Assembly: GCA_030264375.1 (NCBI GenBank)
Contig: JASCQW010000081.1
Location: forward strand, 92,119,768 to 92,183,767
Source: Carcharhinus longimanus
Taxonomy: Eukaryota
DNA: 64,000 nt
Direction of reading: 5' to 3'
Shown here: positions 57,373-64,000 of the stretch, in pieces
How positions within the stretch are numbered: the first letter of the stretch is position 1
How the letters are laid out: each line of letters begins with the position of its first letter
The notes under the pieces: generated by a model
Told to the model about the DNA's origin: nothing
The model's input: the letters and a program-made list of their open reading frames with translations, nothing else
The model's database searches: none
Translations under genes and position numbers: made by a program

Positions 57373-60300
57373 GAGAGGGAAGGAGGGAAGGAGATGGGTA
57401 AATCCCGAGGCAACCACTCCTTATCAAGCGTTGACAGAAGGCAAGCAAGAAGCCTCCAAGCTTGAACCGTCGTGGTTGGCGTTTATTTTCACCAGTCTAG
57501 CCAACTGAGGTGATTGATAACAAATAGCAGCACACTGACTACCTTGACAACAAAACCCTACATCACATTTTAGAGCGGTGTTTCCAATAAATTAAGAATA
57601 TTGATAACGATGAGAAGACAGTTACGATAAGGATAAATCATAAAATGTATTGACGTTAACATCTAATCATATATTCATATATCAGACATAGAATATTGTT
57701 CATTCACGTAATGGCAGACAATGTTAACTCGTCTCTTGATTTTTTTTCTGAATCACTACACTATATCTCTCTGGGAGGACATTGCTTATATTGCTTAACA
57801 GATGCCAGTATCGTAGGTAGTCATATGTTGGGGGAGCCCATATGCAATTTTTTTTCACATTGAAATGCAGTGGCTTCGCCGTTTTGCACCATTGAAATTT
57901 TATTCATGTCACATCTCAGTGATAACGAGTTTCTTCTTCTTCAGTATGTCCCCGGTTTCCTGCTGCAGTGAGTAGAGAAAAAAAAGTAGGGATAAACACA
58001 GAACGTTGACTTTCATCCTTTGGTGTTCCAACACTGCTACATTAGGAACACTGAACCCATGCTACATAGACATCAACGGACAGAAGTTGAATATTTCTTA
58101 CCTTGTGTCACAAGAGACATAGGCGGCCTGGCTTAAAAGTCAGTGAATGCTAACGTGCAGATCCAGCAAGCAATCGGCAAGCAAAATGGTAAGTTGACTG
58201 TTATCGCAAAAGGATTTGAGTACAGAAGCAAAAATGCATTCCTCCACTTTTATAGAACGTTTGTTAGATACGAACTTGGAGTGTAGTCTACAGTTTTGGT
58301 CCATTACATAAGGAACGATACAATGTAGGACGATGGCTCGTGCACGCTGTCTTCACCAGACCTATTACCGGGATGGCAAGTTGCCCTGTGAGAAGTGATT
58401 GAGAAGACAGTGCCGGTATTAAGAATTTGTTAACGCAGAGGGTATTCAATAAATGGAATTCTCTACCACAGAGAGCTGTGGGCACTCTGTCATTGAACAT
58501 GTTCAAGATAGCGATCAATATCAATTTAGGTGTTAATGACTTCAGGCATATAGGAATAGCGAAGAAAATAATTTTGTGATAGACCATCATCCAGGATCTA
58601 ATCCAATGGCAAAACATGTTCGAGGGTTTGAATTGCTTCCTGCCGTTTACATATCCATATGTTCGCTATGACACTCAGCTAGACTGGTGCAGATGCTTAT
58701 CCAACTCTGAATCGGACGCTGTAGCGAGGTTTCTATGATTAAGATGTAAATGCATCCCTGGGAACATCTAGTCCAGCTCCAATTACTGCACGGAATGACT
58801 CACCGTGAAATCATTAGTTGGAGAATCCCTACATTTAACTTTTTACAGACTCAATAATCTAACTCTGCCTCATAAACAGTGCAACTATAATAATATTAAA
58901 TTGTCCATATCTTGCTCACGCAAAGTCGCAACGTTTACCGCTTTGCCCTTCTAACCCCTTCTAACTCGGGTCAACAAGCTTAAGAAACTCAACTCAGACC
59001 ACAAAAATCGGCATTGCTGTACATTTGGCGCTACTCCGATGTCTCAATTTCATTCATGAAATAAAATACCAACACCTGAGATGGCAGACATAGAGCAGGG
59101 GCATCTTCATCTTCACTTTCGAAATTTAATATTCCTCAAATCTCTAGAAAGTGACATTCAGTCTGCACGTTTATGGTCACGAAAAGCCTAAGCAGCAGAA
59201 AGTTGTACATAGAAATTTGCTGATGCATTACAGTTTGTCATGCAGAGTGTTTTATAGAAAGTGAAATAAACTATTGCTTTGATTGGGATTTTGCCTTAGC
59301 ATCATGTGATTTGAACGCAGTCTCATAAGATGCACAATATTTACACTGCCTATTTCCAACTTACCTTTCAGTGCCTTGAGCGTTTCAGCTGTGAGACAGA
59401 AAACATAGATCATTAACTGACACGGAAGATGTTTTTGCAACTGAAAATAGAGAACATAACATAAGAACATAAGAAATAGGAGCAGGAGTAGGCCATCTGG
59501 CCCTTCGAGCCTGCCCCGCCATTCAANNNNNNNNNNNNNNNNNNNNNNNNNNNNNNNNNNNNNNNNNNNNNNNNNNNNNNNNNNNNNNNNNNNNNNNNNN
59601 NNNNNNNNNNNNNNNNNNNNNNNNNNTATACGTCTCAATGAGATCTCCCCTCATTCTTCTAAACTCTAACGAGTACAAGCCTAGTTTATTCAGTCTCTCC
59701 TCACAGCTCAACCCCCTCAATTCCGGCATCAGCCTAGTAAACCTCCTCTGCACTCCCTCCAAGGCCAAAATATCCTTTAGTTCAATTATGATTACATTCA
59801 ATTATTTACTTATAGTCCTTTAATTATAGAATATTCGAGTTCTTGAATGATGATGTTGAAATTTGCCTACTGTTCGTCTTGAACCTAATATAACATATTA
59901 ACAATTGTTGTTTCCAAGTTTTGCATAATAAATCCATGTCATTGTTTTCGACATTATTTCAGAACCATCTTTACATTGAATCATAGCCAATATCCAGTTT
60001 GTACAGGCAGAATCTATGCGAGAAAAACTCTTTCTACACAGTTGGAAGCTTTGCTGACAGGGTCAGCATTATTATCTTTCTCTAAATGCCGTTGGGAAAG
60101 TCCTGACAATCTGCTTTAAAGAAAAAACTTATTTAATTGTTAAGGAATAATTATAATATGGTAAGCCATTAAGTATTAACAACGGATAAAACATATGAAG
60201 GATTGCCTTTATTCGTGGTGAAGGAGTGGGATATTATCGGTCCTGAGGAAATGTCATCGACTTGACATATAACCATTTGAGCGCCAAAGCATTTCCTGCA

Positions 60301-60438
60301 TTTCTGTTTTTAGTTCATTTCCACATTGACTTCCATTCCTTGCGTCGCAATAAATATAATTCCACATAACAAGAAACTGCTCATAACCATGAACATATAT
60401 TCCTCAGTTACCAAGCTTTACTCGCAGTTCGTCTCTCT
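140..60438 (-). CDS. Internal part of an unidentified multi-micro-exon gene (about 20 symmetric phase-1 exons, roughly 150-160 codons over 60 kb); start and end not seen
   Basis: Repeated (Y)n-AG|3n nt|GT units on the minus strand, all open in phase 1. Paralogous exons differ by synonymous codons. Individual exons are listed below. Confidence 0.8.
374..1150. mobile_element. MITE-like non-autonomous DNA element with ~80-bp imperfect terminal inverted repeats
   Basis: 374-454 is an imperfect reverse complement of 1065-1150 (ctccgcggcgtt / aacgccgcggag; acagtcagtgcgaa / ttcgcactgactgt). Confidence 0.65.
1902..1922 (-). CDS. Possible 21-nt micro-exon, DTDSLAT
   Basis: atgtctcacttccag|ATACGGACAGTCTCGCGACGC|gtaatc; weak donor. 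Confidence 0.35.
2306..2420 (-). mobile_element. L2-type 3' tail fragment
   Basis: ttttgtattcattcaagggatatgggg...ctggcaaggccagcgtttattgcccatc resembles the reverse of the L2-like tails at ~44250 and ~46270. Confidence 0.55.
2572..2592 (-). CDS. 21-nt micro-exon, xFGQPSR
   Basis: gctatttattctcag|GATTCGGACAGCCTTCTCGAG|gtaagc. Confidence 0.8.
3400..3485 (+). mobile_element. Penelope-related short 3' fragment
   Basis: gttaactctgttcctcttcacagatgctgattgacctgctgagaatttccag; related copies at ~35075-35180 (minus) and ~54890-54950. Confidence 0.5.
3649..3669 (-). CDS. Possible 21-nt micro-exon, ECDMKGQ (acceptor abuts an N gap)
   Basis: NNN-cag|AGTGCGACATGAAGGGACAAC|gtaaga; pyrimidine tract hidden by the gap. 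Confidence 0.45.
4900..5380 (+). mobile_element. Decayed CR1 LINE 3' fragment
   Basis: gaaggctaatggaaccttggcctttattgc...gatgctgagaggatgtttcctcttgtgggg, CR1 ORF2 C-terminal sequence. Confidence 0.7.
5465..5482 (-). CDS. 18-nt micro-exon, (N/D)LTPAD
   Basis: ctcttatttcttttgcag|ATCTAACTCCAGCAGATG|gtatgt. Confidence 0.8.
6785..7235 (-). mobile_element. LINE 3' end (Rex1/Babar-like)
   Basis: ORF 7014-7283 [35 protein letters not shown] is a typical Rex/Babar RT C-terminus; (gattt)n tail. Confidence 0.75.
7330..8700 (+). mobile_element. Nested decayed LINEs: CR1 endonuclease fragment, Rex/Babar-like fragment (~7850-8330), CR1 3' fragment
   Basis: [13 protein letters not shown] matches the APE GDFN motif; KPWMN-like region ~7960; 3' cttcttcacgcagcga...gcattcaaagggg. 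Confidence 0.6.
8921..8956 (-). CDS. 36-nt micro-exon, (E)[11 protein letters not shown]
   Basis: ttctcattctgatttcag|AAATTGGAAAACTGATCGACCAACTCAAAGCTGCGA|gtgagg; amphipathic helix pattern. Confidence 0.8.
10277..10782 (-). mobile_element. CR1 LINE 3' end, runs into a gap
   Basis: ORF 10363-10653 [17 protein letters not shown]...[14 protein letters not shown]; (catagaaa)n tail. Confidence 0.9.
11793..11819 (-). CDS. 27-nt micro-exon, VRQLLVKDI (weakened donor)
   Basis: cttttattacag|TGAGACAACTGCTTGTAAAAGATATCT|gtaaat; near copy of 33777-33803. Confidence 0.65.
12950..13085 (-). mobile_element. HE1-type SINE 3' fragment
   Basis: atagaatccctacagtgcacaaggaggcc...tttaccctgctaatcc, shared with the other SINE copies. 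Confidence 0.7.
13442..13782 (+). mobile_element. Full-length HE1-type tRNA-derived SINE
   Basis: A/B-box head (cagtgattagcactg...gagttcgattccc), body ggagcttgcacgttcttc...gctccggtttcctcccacagtccaaa, CR1-like tail. Confidence 0.88.
14135..14390 (-). mobile_element. HE1-type SINE
   Basis: Reverse complement of the SINE at 13442-13782 (gggaattgaacccg, cagtgctaattactgtgccaccg). Confidence 0.85.
14677..14922 (-). mobile_element. HE1-type SINE, internally deleted
   Basis: ccctgctaatctccctga...gtgagaggaaaccggagcacccgg...ctggcggtgcgaggcagc. Confidence 0.75.
15259..15282 (-). CDS. 24-nt micro-exon, VHMPEEFI
   Basis: ttcctttctgccttatcacag|TACATATGCCAGAAGAATTCATTG|gtaaac; like ATTEELYS it is a 24-nt EE exon directly before a VRQLL exon. 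Confidence 0.75.
16834..16845 (-). CDS. Possible 12-nt micro-exon, ETGS
   Basis: cattccacgatcaacag|AAACGGGGTCAG|gtatgg. Confidence 0.4.
18300..21385 (+). mobile_element. Long decayed CR1 LINE (near-complete ORF2: endonuclease plus RT)
   Basis: Frameshifted fragments [29 protein letters not shown]...SKFAGNTKL and [12 protein letters not shown], followed by a CR1 3' tail. Confidence 0.93.
21400..22580 (-). mobile_element. Older decayed CR1 ORF2 fragment
   Basis: AVWLTIR...[10 protein letters not shown] (APE VWxxI...GxxYRPP-like); ccaggattaactccatcagg region. Confidence 0.55.
22595..23305 (-). mobile_element. CR1 3' end carrying a 5'-truncated SINE insertion (22984-23098)
   Basis: ORF 22690-22914 HSLRVRGR...[13 protein letters not shown]; insertion flanked by ATGAGATC at 22976-22983 and 23099-23106. 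Confidence 0.88.
23999..24034 (-). CDS. 36-nt micro-exon, [12 protein letters not shown]
   Basis: cctgcttttttttacag|AATTTCAAGCCTTAAAAAGTCACTGTTTCGGAACAG|gtcagg. Confidence 0.7.
24281..24328 (-). CDS. Possible 48-nt exon, [16 protein letters not shown]
   Basis: tttttatataattttag| 48 nt open in phase 1 |gtattg; longer than the other exons and compositionally unlike them. Confidence 0.25.
25591..25635. repeat. (CA)n/(CACG)n microsatellite
   Basis: Directly visible. Confidence 0.95.
25900..27370 (+). mobile_element. Highly decayed CR1 ORF2 fragment interrupted by a SINE
   Basis: [14 protein letters not shown] (APE SDH motif); aatgcaactcctttactcaaaacgggaagg...cagcccagttagtctaac (NYRPVSL-like). 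Confidence 0.7.
26305..26678 (-). mobile_element. HE1-type SINE
   Basis: catagaatccctacagtgcag...gggaggaaacgggagc...ctggcgctgtgaggcagcagtgc. Confidence 0.85.
28082..28108 (-). CDS. 27-nt micro-exon, ADIVREKEK
   Basis: tttactttcatgcag|CGGATATTGTGCGTGAGAAAGAAAAAG|gtaaaa. Confidence 0.75.
28650..29800 (+). mobile_element. Highly decayed Penelope-like element (RT C-terminus to GIY-YIG region)
   Basis: ggctatgggtatcctcatcggctcc (AMGTxMGP-like); gtctactgcattcgctgcctccaatgcagcgtcctctacatt (VYCIRC..C..LYI). Confidence 0.65.
30050..30670 (-). mobile_element. Decayed CR1 3' fragment
   Basis: ccctcataatcttgtacacctc...ggcgaccagaacc...tctagctgtggcct. Confidence 0.75.
31552..31750 (-). repeat. (CA)n-(CT)n microsatellite followed by a HE1-type SINE fragment
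   Basis: Visible repeats; atagcgtggtcaatccacctaac...caaactccacac. Confidence 0.75.
31940..32053 (+). mobile_element. Solo Penelope pLTR 3' fragment
   Basis: gagcagcgctccaaaagctc...gtgagacttc...gtccaacgccggcatctccacatc matches 50990-51102 and 56690-56808. Confidence 0.85.
33777..33803 (-). CDS. 27-nt micro-exon, VRQLLLKDI
   Basis: cttgtatttcag|TGAGACAACTGCTTTTAAAAGATATCG|gtaagt; 25/27 identical to 11793-11819. Confidence 0.85.
36369..36392 (-). CDS. 24-nt micro-exon, ATTEELYS
   Basis: tgttctctatcttttcacag|CCACCACAGAGGAATTATACTCAG|gtaaaa. Confidence 0.8.
37331..37351 (-). CDS. 21-nt micro-exon, GPKGKFL
   Basis: tttattctatattccag|GACCAAAAGGGAAATTCCTAG|gtaatg. Confidence 0.75.
   Translation of the reverse strand, partial: DQKGNS
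39742..40645 (-). mobile_element. CR1 LINE 3' part, runs into a gap
   Basis: [30 protein letters not shown]; tagaaacatagaaa tail. Confidence 0.9.
41573..42054. repeat. Complex (GAAA)n/(GGAA)n purine tract between gaps
   Basis: Directly visible; explains the spurious KER-rich and FLS-rich ORFs. Confidence 0.95.
42859..42894 (-). CDS. Micro-exon of 24 or 36 nt, EIHALRGK(GSAK)
   Basis: T-run-atatacag|AAATCCATGCACTACGAGGAAAAG|gttctg, or extended 12 nt to aag|gttgat; resembles the EFQALK exon 23999-24034; both donors weak. Confidence 0.55.
43540..44312 (+). mobile_element. Decayed L2 LINE 3' part
   Basis: gcagcaag-like acttgggcaatattccag...acaaatcagg...cttggaaatatatc...ataaat...gatgctcacaatccatgtctgaatgaaaaaaa tail. 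Confidence 0.65.
44457..44780 (+). mobile_element. Full-length HE1-type SINE
   Basis: gggcggtatggtggcacagtggttagcattgctg...gctccagtttcctcc...gggctgaatggcct. Confidence 0.88.
44879..44905 (-). CDS. 27-nt micro-exon, xRQLLEKTA
   Basis: catttaccttgcag|TGCGACAACTCTTGGAAAAAACAGCAG|gtaaat; paralog of 33777-33803 and 11793-11819. Confidence 0.85.
45225..45510 (-). mobile_element. CR1 3' tail fragment
   Basis: gaccataagacaaggcgcagaagtagg...catcgagtctgctctgc...tctcagccttgaa. Confidence 0.7.
45995..46300 (+). mobile_element. tRNA-derived SINE with an L2-like tail
   Basis: gtgacgtagtgg...cgggttcaaatccc (B box)...gggcagttagggatgcgcagtaaatgct. Confidence 0.65.
46490..48310 (+). mobile_element. CR1 5' portion: tandem 5'UTR monomers, ORF1 esterase end, ORF2 endonuclease start
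   Basis: [37 protein letters not shown] (CR1 ORF1 SGNH esterase); ttcaatgcgagaagt (FNARS) and ggtaattttaacttcccc (GDFNFP-like). Confidence 0.85.
48659..51102 (+). mobile_element. Penelope-like retroelement (decayed RT plus GIY-YIG), 5'-truncated, with inverted pLTR and TSD
   Basis: [39 protein letters not shown]; [21 protein letters not shown]; [14 protein letters not shown]; 48659-49180 is an inverted copy of 50540-51060. Confidence 0.93.
50978..51016 (+). ncRNA. Minimal hammerhead ribozyme motif in the Penelope pLTR
   Basis: CTGATGA-a-GGAG cagct CTCC-GAAA; the inverted copy at ~48711-48748 reads cac-CTGATGA-aggaacagctcttc-GAAA-gattgtg. Confidence 0.65.
51116..52110 (+). mobile_element. 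Decayed CR1 (endonuclease region); continuation of the ORF1 remnant at ~48430-48645 split by the Penelope insertion
   Basis: ttaaatgcacatagtata (LNAxSI), atcatgggtgaattt, ctgggtaacagtgaccacaac (LGNSDHN). Confidence 0.7.
52392..52415 (-). CDS. Possible 24-nt micro-exon, IEIELHHS (NAGNAG acceptor, 21-nt alternative)
   Basis: gtttcttatcag|TAGAAATTGAATTGCACCATTCAT|gttagt. Confidence 0.4.
53090..53620. mobile_element. HE1 SINE head (+, ~53090-53172) joined to a CR1 3' fragment (-)
   Basis: cacagcacgagggacacgggttcgattcccagcttg...tggagtttgcac; then ccctcactttgaacttgtgtcccc...cagcatcctggtaattctcctctgcac. Confidence 0.75.
53649..53675 (-). CDS. 27-nt micro-exon, ECKQLLQRT
   Basis: gcatttatttttcag|AATGTAAACAACTTCTGCAAAGAACCA|gtaaga; KQLL motif related to the RQLL exons. 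Confidence 0.75.
53860..54350 (-). mobile_element. CR1 RT fragment
   Basis: [17 protein letters not shown]....ASFADDT. Confidence 0.8.
55112..55430 (-). mobile_element. HE1-related SINE
   Basis: gtgggaggaaaccggagcaccc...gcgaacccgggtccttggcgctctgaggcagc...gtgccaccatgccgccc. Confidence 0.88.
55746..55766 (-). CDS. 21-nt micro-exon, GIDPKCK
   Basis: ctttttgtttttcggttttattag|GAATTGACCCGAAGTGTAAAG|gtaaac. Confidence 0.75.
56290..56808. mobile_element. Rearranged Penelope fragment: coding part on the minus strand joined to a plus-strand pLTR end
   Basis: [32 protein letters not shown] matches 49980-50100; 56675-56808 matches the pLTR at 50978-51102. Confidence 0.88.
57037..57060 (-). CDS. 24-nt micro-exon, DLKGKVKA
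   Basis: atgttcacttgcag|ATCTGAAGGGCAAAGTAAAGGCAG|gtacga; KGK shared with exon 37331-37351. Confidence 0.7.
57190..57210 (-). CDS. Possible 21-nt micro-exon, VNRKKLF
   Basis: ttttctgttgcag|TTAATAGAAAAAAATTATTCC|gtagga; weak donor. Confidence 0.3.
57340..57395. repeat. (GA)n/(GACA)n/(GGGAA) microsatellite
   Basis: Directly visible. Confidence 0.9.
58110..58670 (+). mobile_element. Decayed CR1 3' fragment
   Basis: gcaaatggt-like...ggatttgagtacagaagc...tggaattctctaccacagagagctgtgg. Confidence 0.8.
59365..59388 (-). CDS. 24-nt micro-exon, AETLKALK
   Basis: gttttctgtctcacag|CTGAAACGCTCAAGGCACTGAAAG|gtaagt; consensus donor. Confidence 0.85.
59452..59778 (-). mobile_element. CR1 3' end (gapped)
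   Basis: [49 protein letters not shown]; (ataagaac)n tail. Confidence 0.9.
60412..60438 (-). CDS. 27-nt micro-exon, (E)RDELRVKL
   Basis: gctttattccctttcag|AGAGAGACGAACTGCGAGTAAAGCTTG|gtaact. Confidence 0.75.
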
Positions 60439-60821
60439 CTGAAAGGGAATAAAGCATACATAACACGCATTACGGGAAGTTTTAAATACGAATGCATCAT
60501 TGAGTTATTGGAGAATTCTGAGCTCAAAAAGGTCAAGGCGTATTTCCAAAGAGCGGAACATACCTAACAACGCTTTTTGATTTTGTAATGTGATGTCGAG
60601 GAATTTAGACATGGCACCATTAAAGCGGGCAGCAGGGAAACGAACGTTTACGTAACTGTAAGCAGGTTTTTCATATGAAATCTCATTACGAGTCAAATTA
60701 TGACTGATGACCAAAAACCATAGAGTGTGATGATAGGGGCAAAATTTATTGTAATATAGATCGAGATAGTAATAACGTAAATAACAAGCGACAGAAGAAT
60801 TTAATTAGCATGATCAAGTCA

Positions 60822-60930
60822 ACGGGGAGAACGTGCACACTCCACACAGACAGCAAACCAAGGCTGGAATCAAACCAATTTCCTTGGCGCTGTGAGACAG
60901 TCCTGCTCATCACAGTGCGATCTTGTCACT
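60822..60930 (-). mobile_element. HE1 SINE head fragment
   Basis: acggggagaacgtgcacactccacacagacag...cttggcgctgtgagacag. Confidence 0.75.
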
Positions 60931-62669
60931 GCTACGGGTAAGAATTGGTCAAATAGATCAAAACGTCAGGTGGAACTTTATTACTACACTGCGAAACTCT
61001 TGGCATAGAGTTTAAAGTAAATATGGAAACGACGAGAAATATCAACATTTACTTTGCTGGAAGGCCAGTTTCAATGGTTTCAGAACAGATCTCTGCAGGA
61101 TGTGCTGGAATCAAAAACTGACAGGCAGAACTGTAATCCAGCAATATATTGTCTTTAGAATCAAATGGTTTTGAAATGGTAATAGTGCAGAAGACCGCAA
61201 ATATAGGCCAGCCAGTACTTTTTGTTCCTATGATATAATGCTTTTCGATAGGATGATATGGACCAATTCTCAGTAACTAAGAGAAATGTAATTTAGTTAA
61301 TTAAGTCAGAACAGACTTATTAAAGGAAAATCGTGTCTTACTAACTTGATTGTATTGTCCAGAAAAGTTGCACCTCAAAAACAGAGAATGGAGTACGCCT
61401 CTGCTGTTCGACAGACAGAGGAAACAGAATGGTGGATCACTACCCTTTTTCATATTGGAGGAAGCAATGTAGGGGTGTTCTTTAGGAGTTGCTTCCAGGA
61501 CCACTGTCTGTTTCTTAGTTTTTTCATAGACTTGAGCATATAGCGAAAAATGTAAGCACGTGCAGGTGACACAACAGCCGTTTATGTTATGAACTGCGGT
61601 GAAGGGAGCGTTGGGTTTCTACAGGAAGTGGGCGGACTTGAAGAAACACAGAACACCGACGCAAAGTCAATAACTATGTAATCAAAATAGATAGGAGGAA
61701 AATCCTTTCTTTACGTTGGAATTTTTAAAAATACGAAATGCATTATCTGAAAATATGGCAGAGAAGGTCTCAATCATCTCTTTCAAAAGGTATTTTATCA
61801 TCATCCAAAGGGATAAAATAAAACCCGCAGGACTACATGATAGGGGCTGGGGAGAGGGAATTGCTCAGTGGCTCTGGTAGAGAAAGAGCACTAAAATGAC
61901 AGTTTAAACCATCTCCATCTGCATTGTAATCACTGTTGATGAACCTGTGATTCGATATTTATTAATAACTACATAATGCAAGGAATATTTGTATTCTCGA
62001 GTCTACAAAAGACACAAATCTTTGAGGTATATATTGAGTTAAAGGTTACTATAAAATGCTTGAATGTAGCCAGCATTTTAGGGATCAGAATCATACATTT
62101 TGAAATGTTTTTCGCAGATCTTTACTTTCTGTGCAAACTTCAGATTTCAAGTGGGCTCGCCTGGTACAAACCACAATATGTTTTCGCGGTTCTAGTGTAA
62201 CAGATTCACACCACGTTAGTGCTCCATTTAATTTCAAAAGAGGAGCATTCGAATAAACGAAGAGCTAAAAATAGCTACGTTTTAACCAGTGACTACGCCT
62301 TCTTCATTGGAGCCTAACATATTAATAATGGTATTGATACTTAGCGGGCAACTATGGTTCCTCTCATTCCCGAAAGATAACGCAATTAGCCACGCTACTT
62401 ATGTAACAAGAGTAAACGGTTCATCAAGCATATCAGATATTCTATTCGTCTATAGAAAATTAATCAACTGATTTCTACTAAACAATGCACTTTTAGTTAC
62501 ATTGCCGATTGCTGTTTCCATAGAAGACAATGGAAAATAACATTTAGTTGACGTTAGGAGCGGCGGCAGATACGACACATCAGCTGATGAATACTGAAAA
62601 ACACTTGACTTAATAGTCCCACTTAATGTGACAGGCCACGGAAAAGTTAAATGTCTAAAGTAAGTGGAT

Positions 62670-63390
62670 TTGATTTGGGAGTTGGGGAATTGGACATCAT
62701 AGAGTTGGGTGTCGGACATTAGGGGGATTGCTGGAGTGGAAGTTGGTGCTTGGACATCAGGCAGGGAGACGGACAGCGGCAGGTTGGCCCACCAAGCTGG
62801 GTGTGGAGTCAAAGAGTGGCGCATCGGAAATGGGGAATGGATTCGTGTGTACGAATATCAGGGGGATTGTGTATTTTACCACGCATGCTCAGACATCGGG
62901 ACACATCGGATATCAAGGGGTTCGTGTTCGGACATCAAACAAGTGAATGGAGGGGTGGCAGATATCTCAAGTTGGGTTGTGTTAGACATTGGGGGTGAAT
63001 GAGGTGTCGAAAATCCTGGGCGGTGGGTTTGCGATAGTGTCCTGGGTCGAGGGAGTAGGGTTTTGGTCAGTTGGATGATTAATTGGTTTGGTCAAAGGCA
63101 ACGGGGACAGTCAGTTCAGGACAGGATGTTGGAACGGGGTCTTTCCATGTGTGGTTGCGCCAGGTTGGTTGTGGAGGTATGTAGTCACTTCAGTCGGGGG
63201 TGCGGCGGTGTGATGCGTTCCAGTAGGTTCGTGTCCGGCCCTGAGTCAGATCGAGGATGTTTTGGGTACATTCATTCCACTGGCGTTTAGAGATGGGGAA
63301 CAAACTGCGGGTGGAAGATTGGTGTAGGTACGATTCAGAGGCGGCAAGGATGTCAGCTTTGGGATCGAGAGAGTTGGCTGGCACTGGTCG
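62670..63390. repeat. Degenerate G-rich minisatellite-like tract
   Basis: Recurrent (C/T)GGACATCA-like motif with GGGG runs at irregular spacing. Confidence 0.6.
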
Positions 63391-63783
63391 CTGTGTTAAA
63401 AATATTTACACTGAAGTCAGAAGTCGTTTTATATTCTCTAGTTTTTTCAGCTTATCTCGTAGAATAACAGTTGCAGAACCATGTGAAGCTGCTCATTTTA
63501 ACGGCTTTGTTTGTGGTTCCCTGCGCACAACAGTCGTCCAAGTGATGTTGGATTACTGTAGCGTATACTCCTACCTGTGAACTTCCGAAAAAGCTTACTT
63601 AGTGCACCTTTAGTGTGCCACCCAAAAATGACACGGGGGTGGGNNNNNNNNNNNNNNNNNNNNNNNNNNNNNNNNNNNNNNNNNNNNNNNNNNNNNNNNN
63701 NNNNNNNNNNNNNNNNNNNNNNNNTGGAGTATGGTCATTTGCTGCATTAGAATATCCATTTAGCATGTTAGGAACTGATTAAC

Positions 63784-63813
63784 CTTGTGTCACTCCTTCA
63801 AGTGAGGTTGCTG
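63784..63813 (-). CDS. Possible 30/27-nt micro-exon, AATSLEGVTQ
   Basis: ttatatttctctcag|CAGCAACCTCACTTGAAGGAGTGACACAAG|gttaat; NAGNAG acceptor, weak donor. Confidence 0.35.
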
Positions 63814-64000
63814 CTGAGAGAAATATAATGTTTAAAACAAAAGTCATGAATTAGTATATTTTAACATAATGATTGCATTTGCAGGCACAAAATGAGGCAC
63901 AAATCATTGATTGCAATGATTGGTTATGGAAAAATGCATGGATAAGTGGTTCACTGTCCTGCCCGGTTAACATCTCCAAGCTGAAGAGTTGACATTGACC

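Noticed and set aside
1-64000. Prokaryotic systems (CRISPR arrays, operons, retrons)
   Set aside because: The sequence is vertebrate-type intronic DNA. All RT fragments belong to LINE or Penelope elements, and no regular repeat-spacer array was seen.

Overview
Eukaryotic, AT-rich, repeat-dense DNA from a gapped draft assembly. The repeat complement (HE1-type tRNA SINEs, CR1 and L2 LINEs, Penelope-like elements) points to a cartilaginous fish, probably a shark (inference). The only ORF-track entries with recognisable protein content are decayed retroelement fragments. Scanning the minus strand for splice signals shows a hidden gene spanning the whole window: about 20 micro-exons of 9-36 nt, each flanked by a pyrimidine tract/AG and a GT donor, of length 3n and open in phase 1. 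Several are paralogous (xRQLL 27-nt exons with synonymous substitutions). Spliced together they give a Lys/Glu/Leu-rich, internally repeated peptide. Neither gene end is visible and I cannot name the gene. Also present: a Penelope-like element with inverted pLTRs, a target-site duplication and hammerhead cores; a CR1 with tandem 5'UTR monomers; a MITE-like inverted repeat; and apparently little CpG depletion in the unique DNA. All calls were made by eye, and repeat boundaries are approximate.
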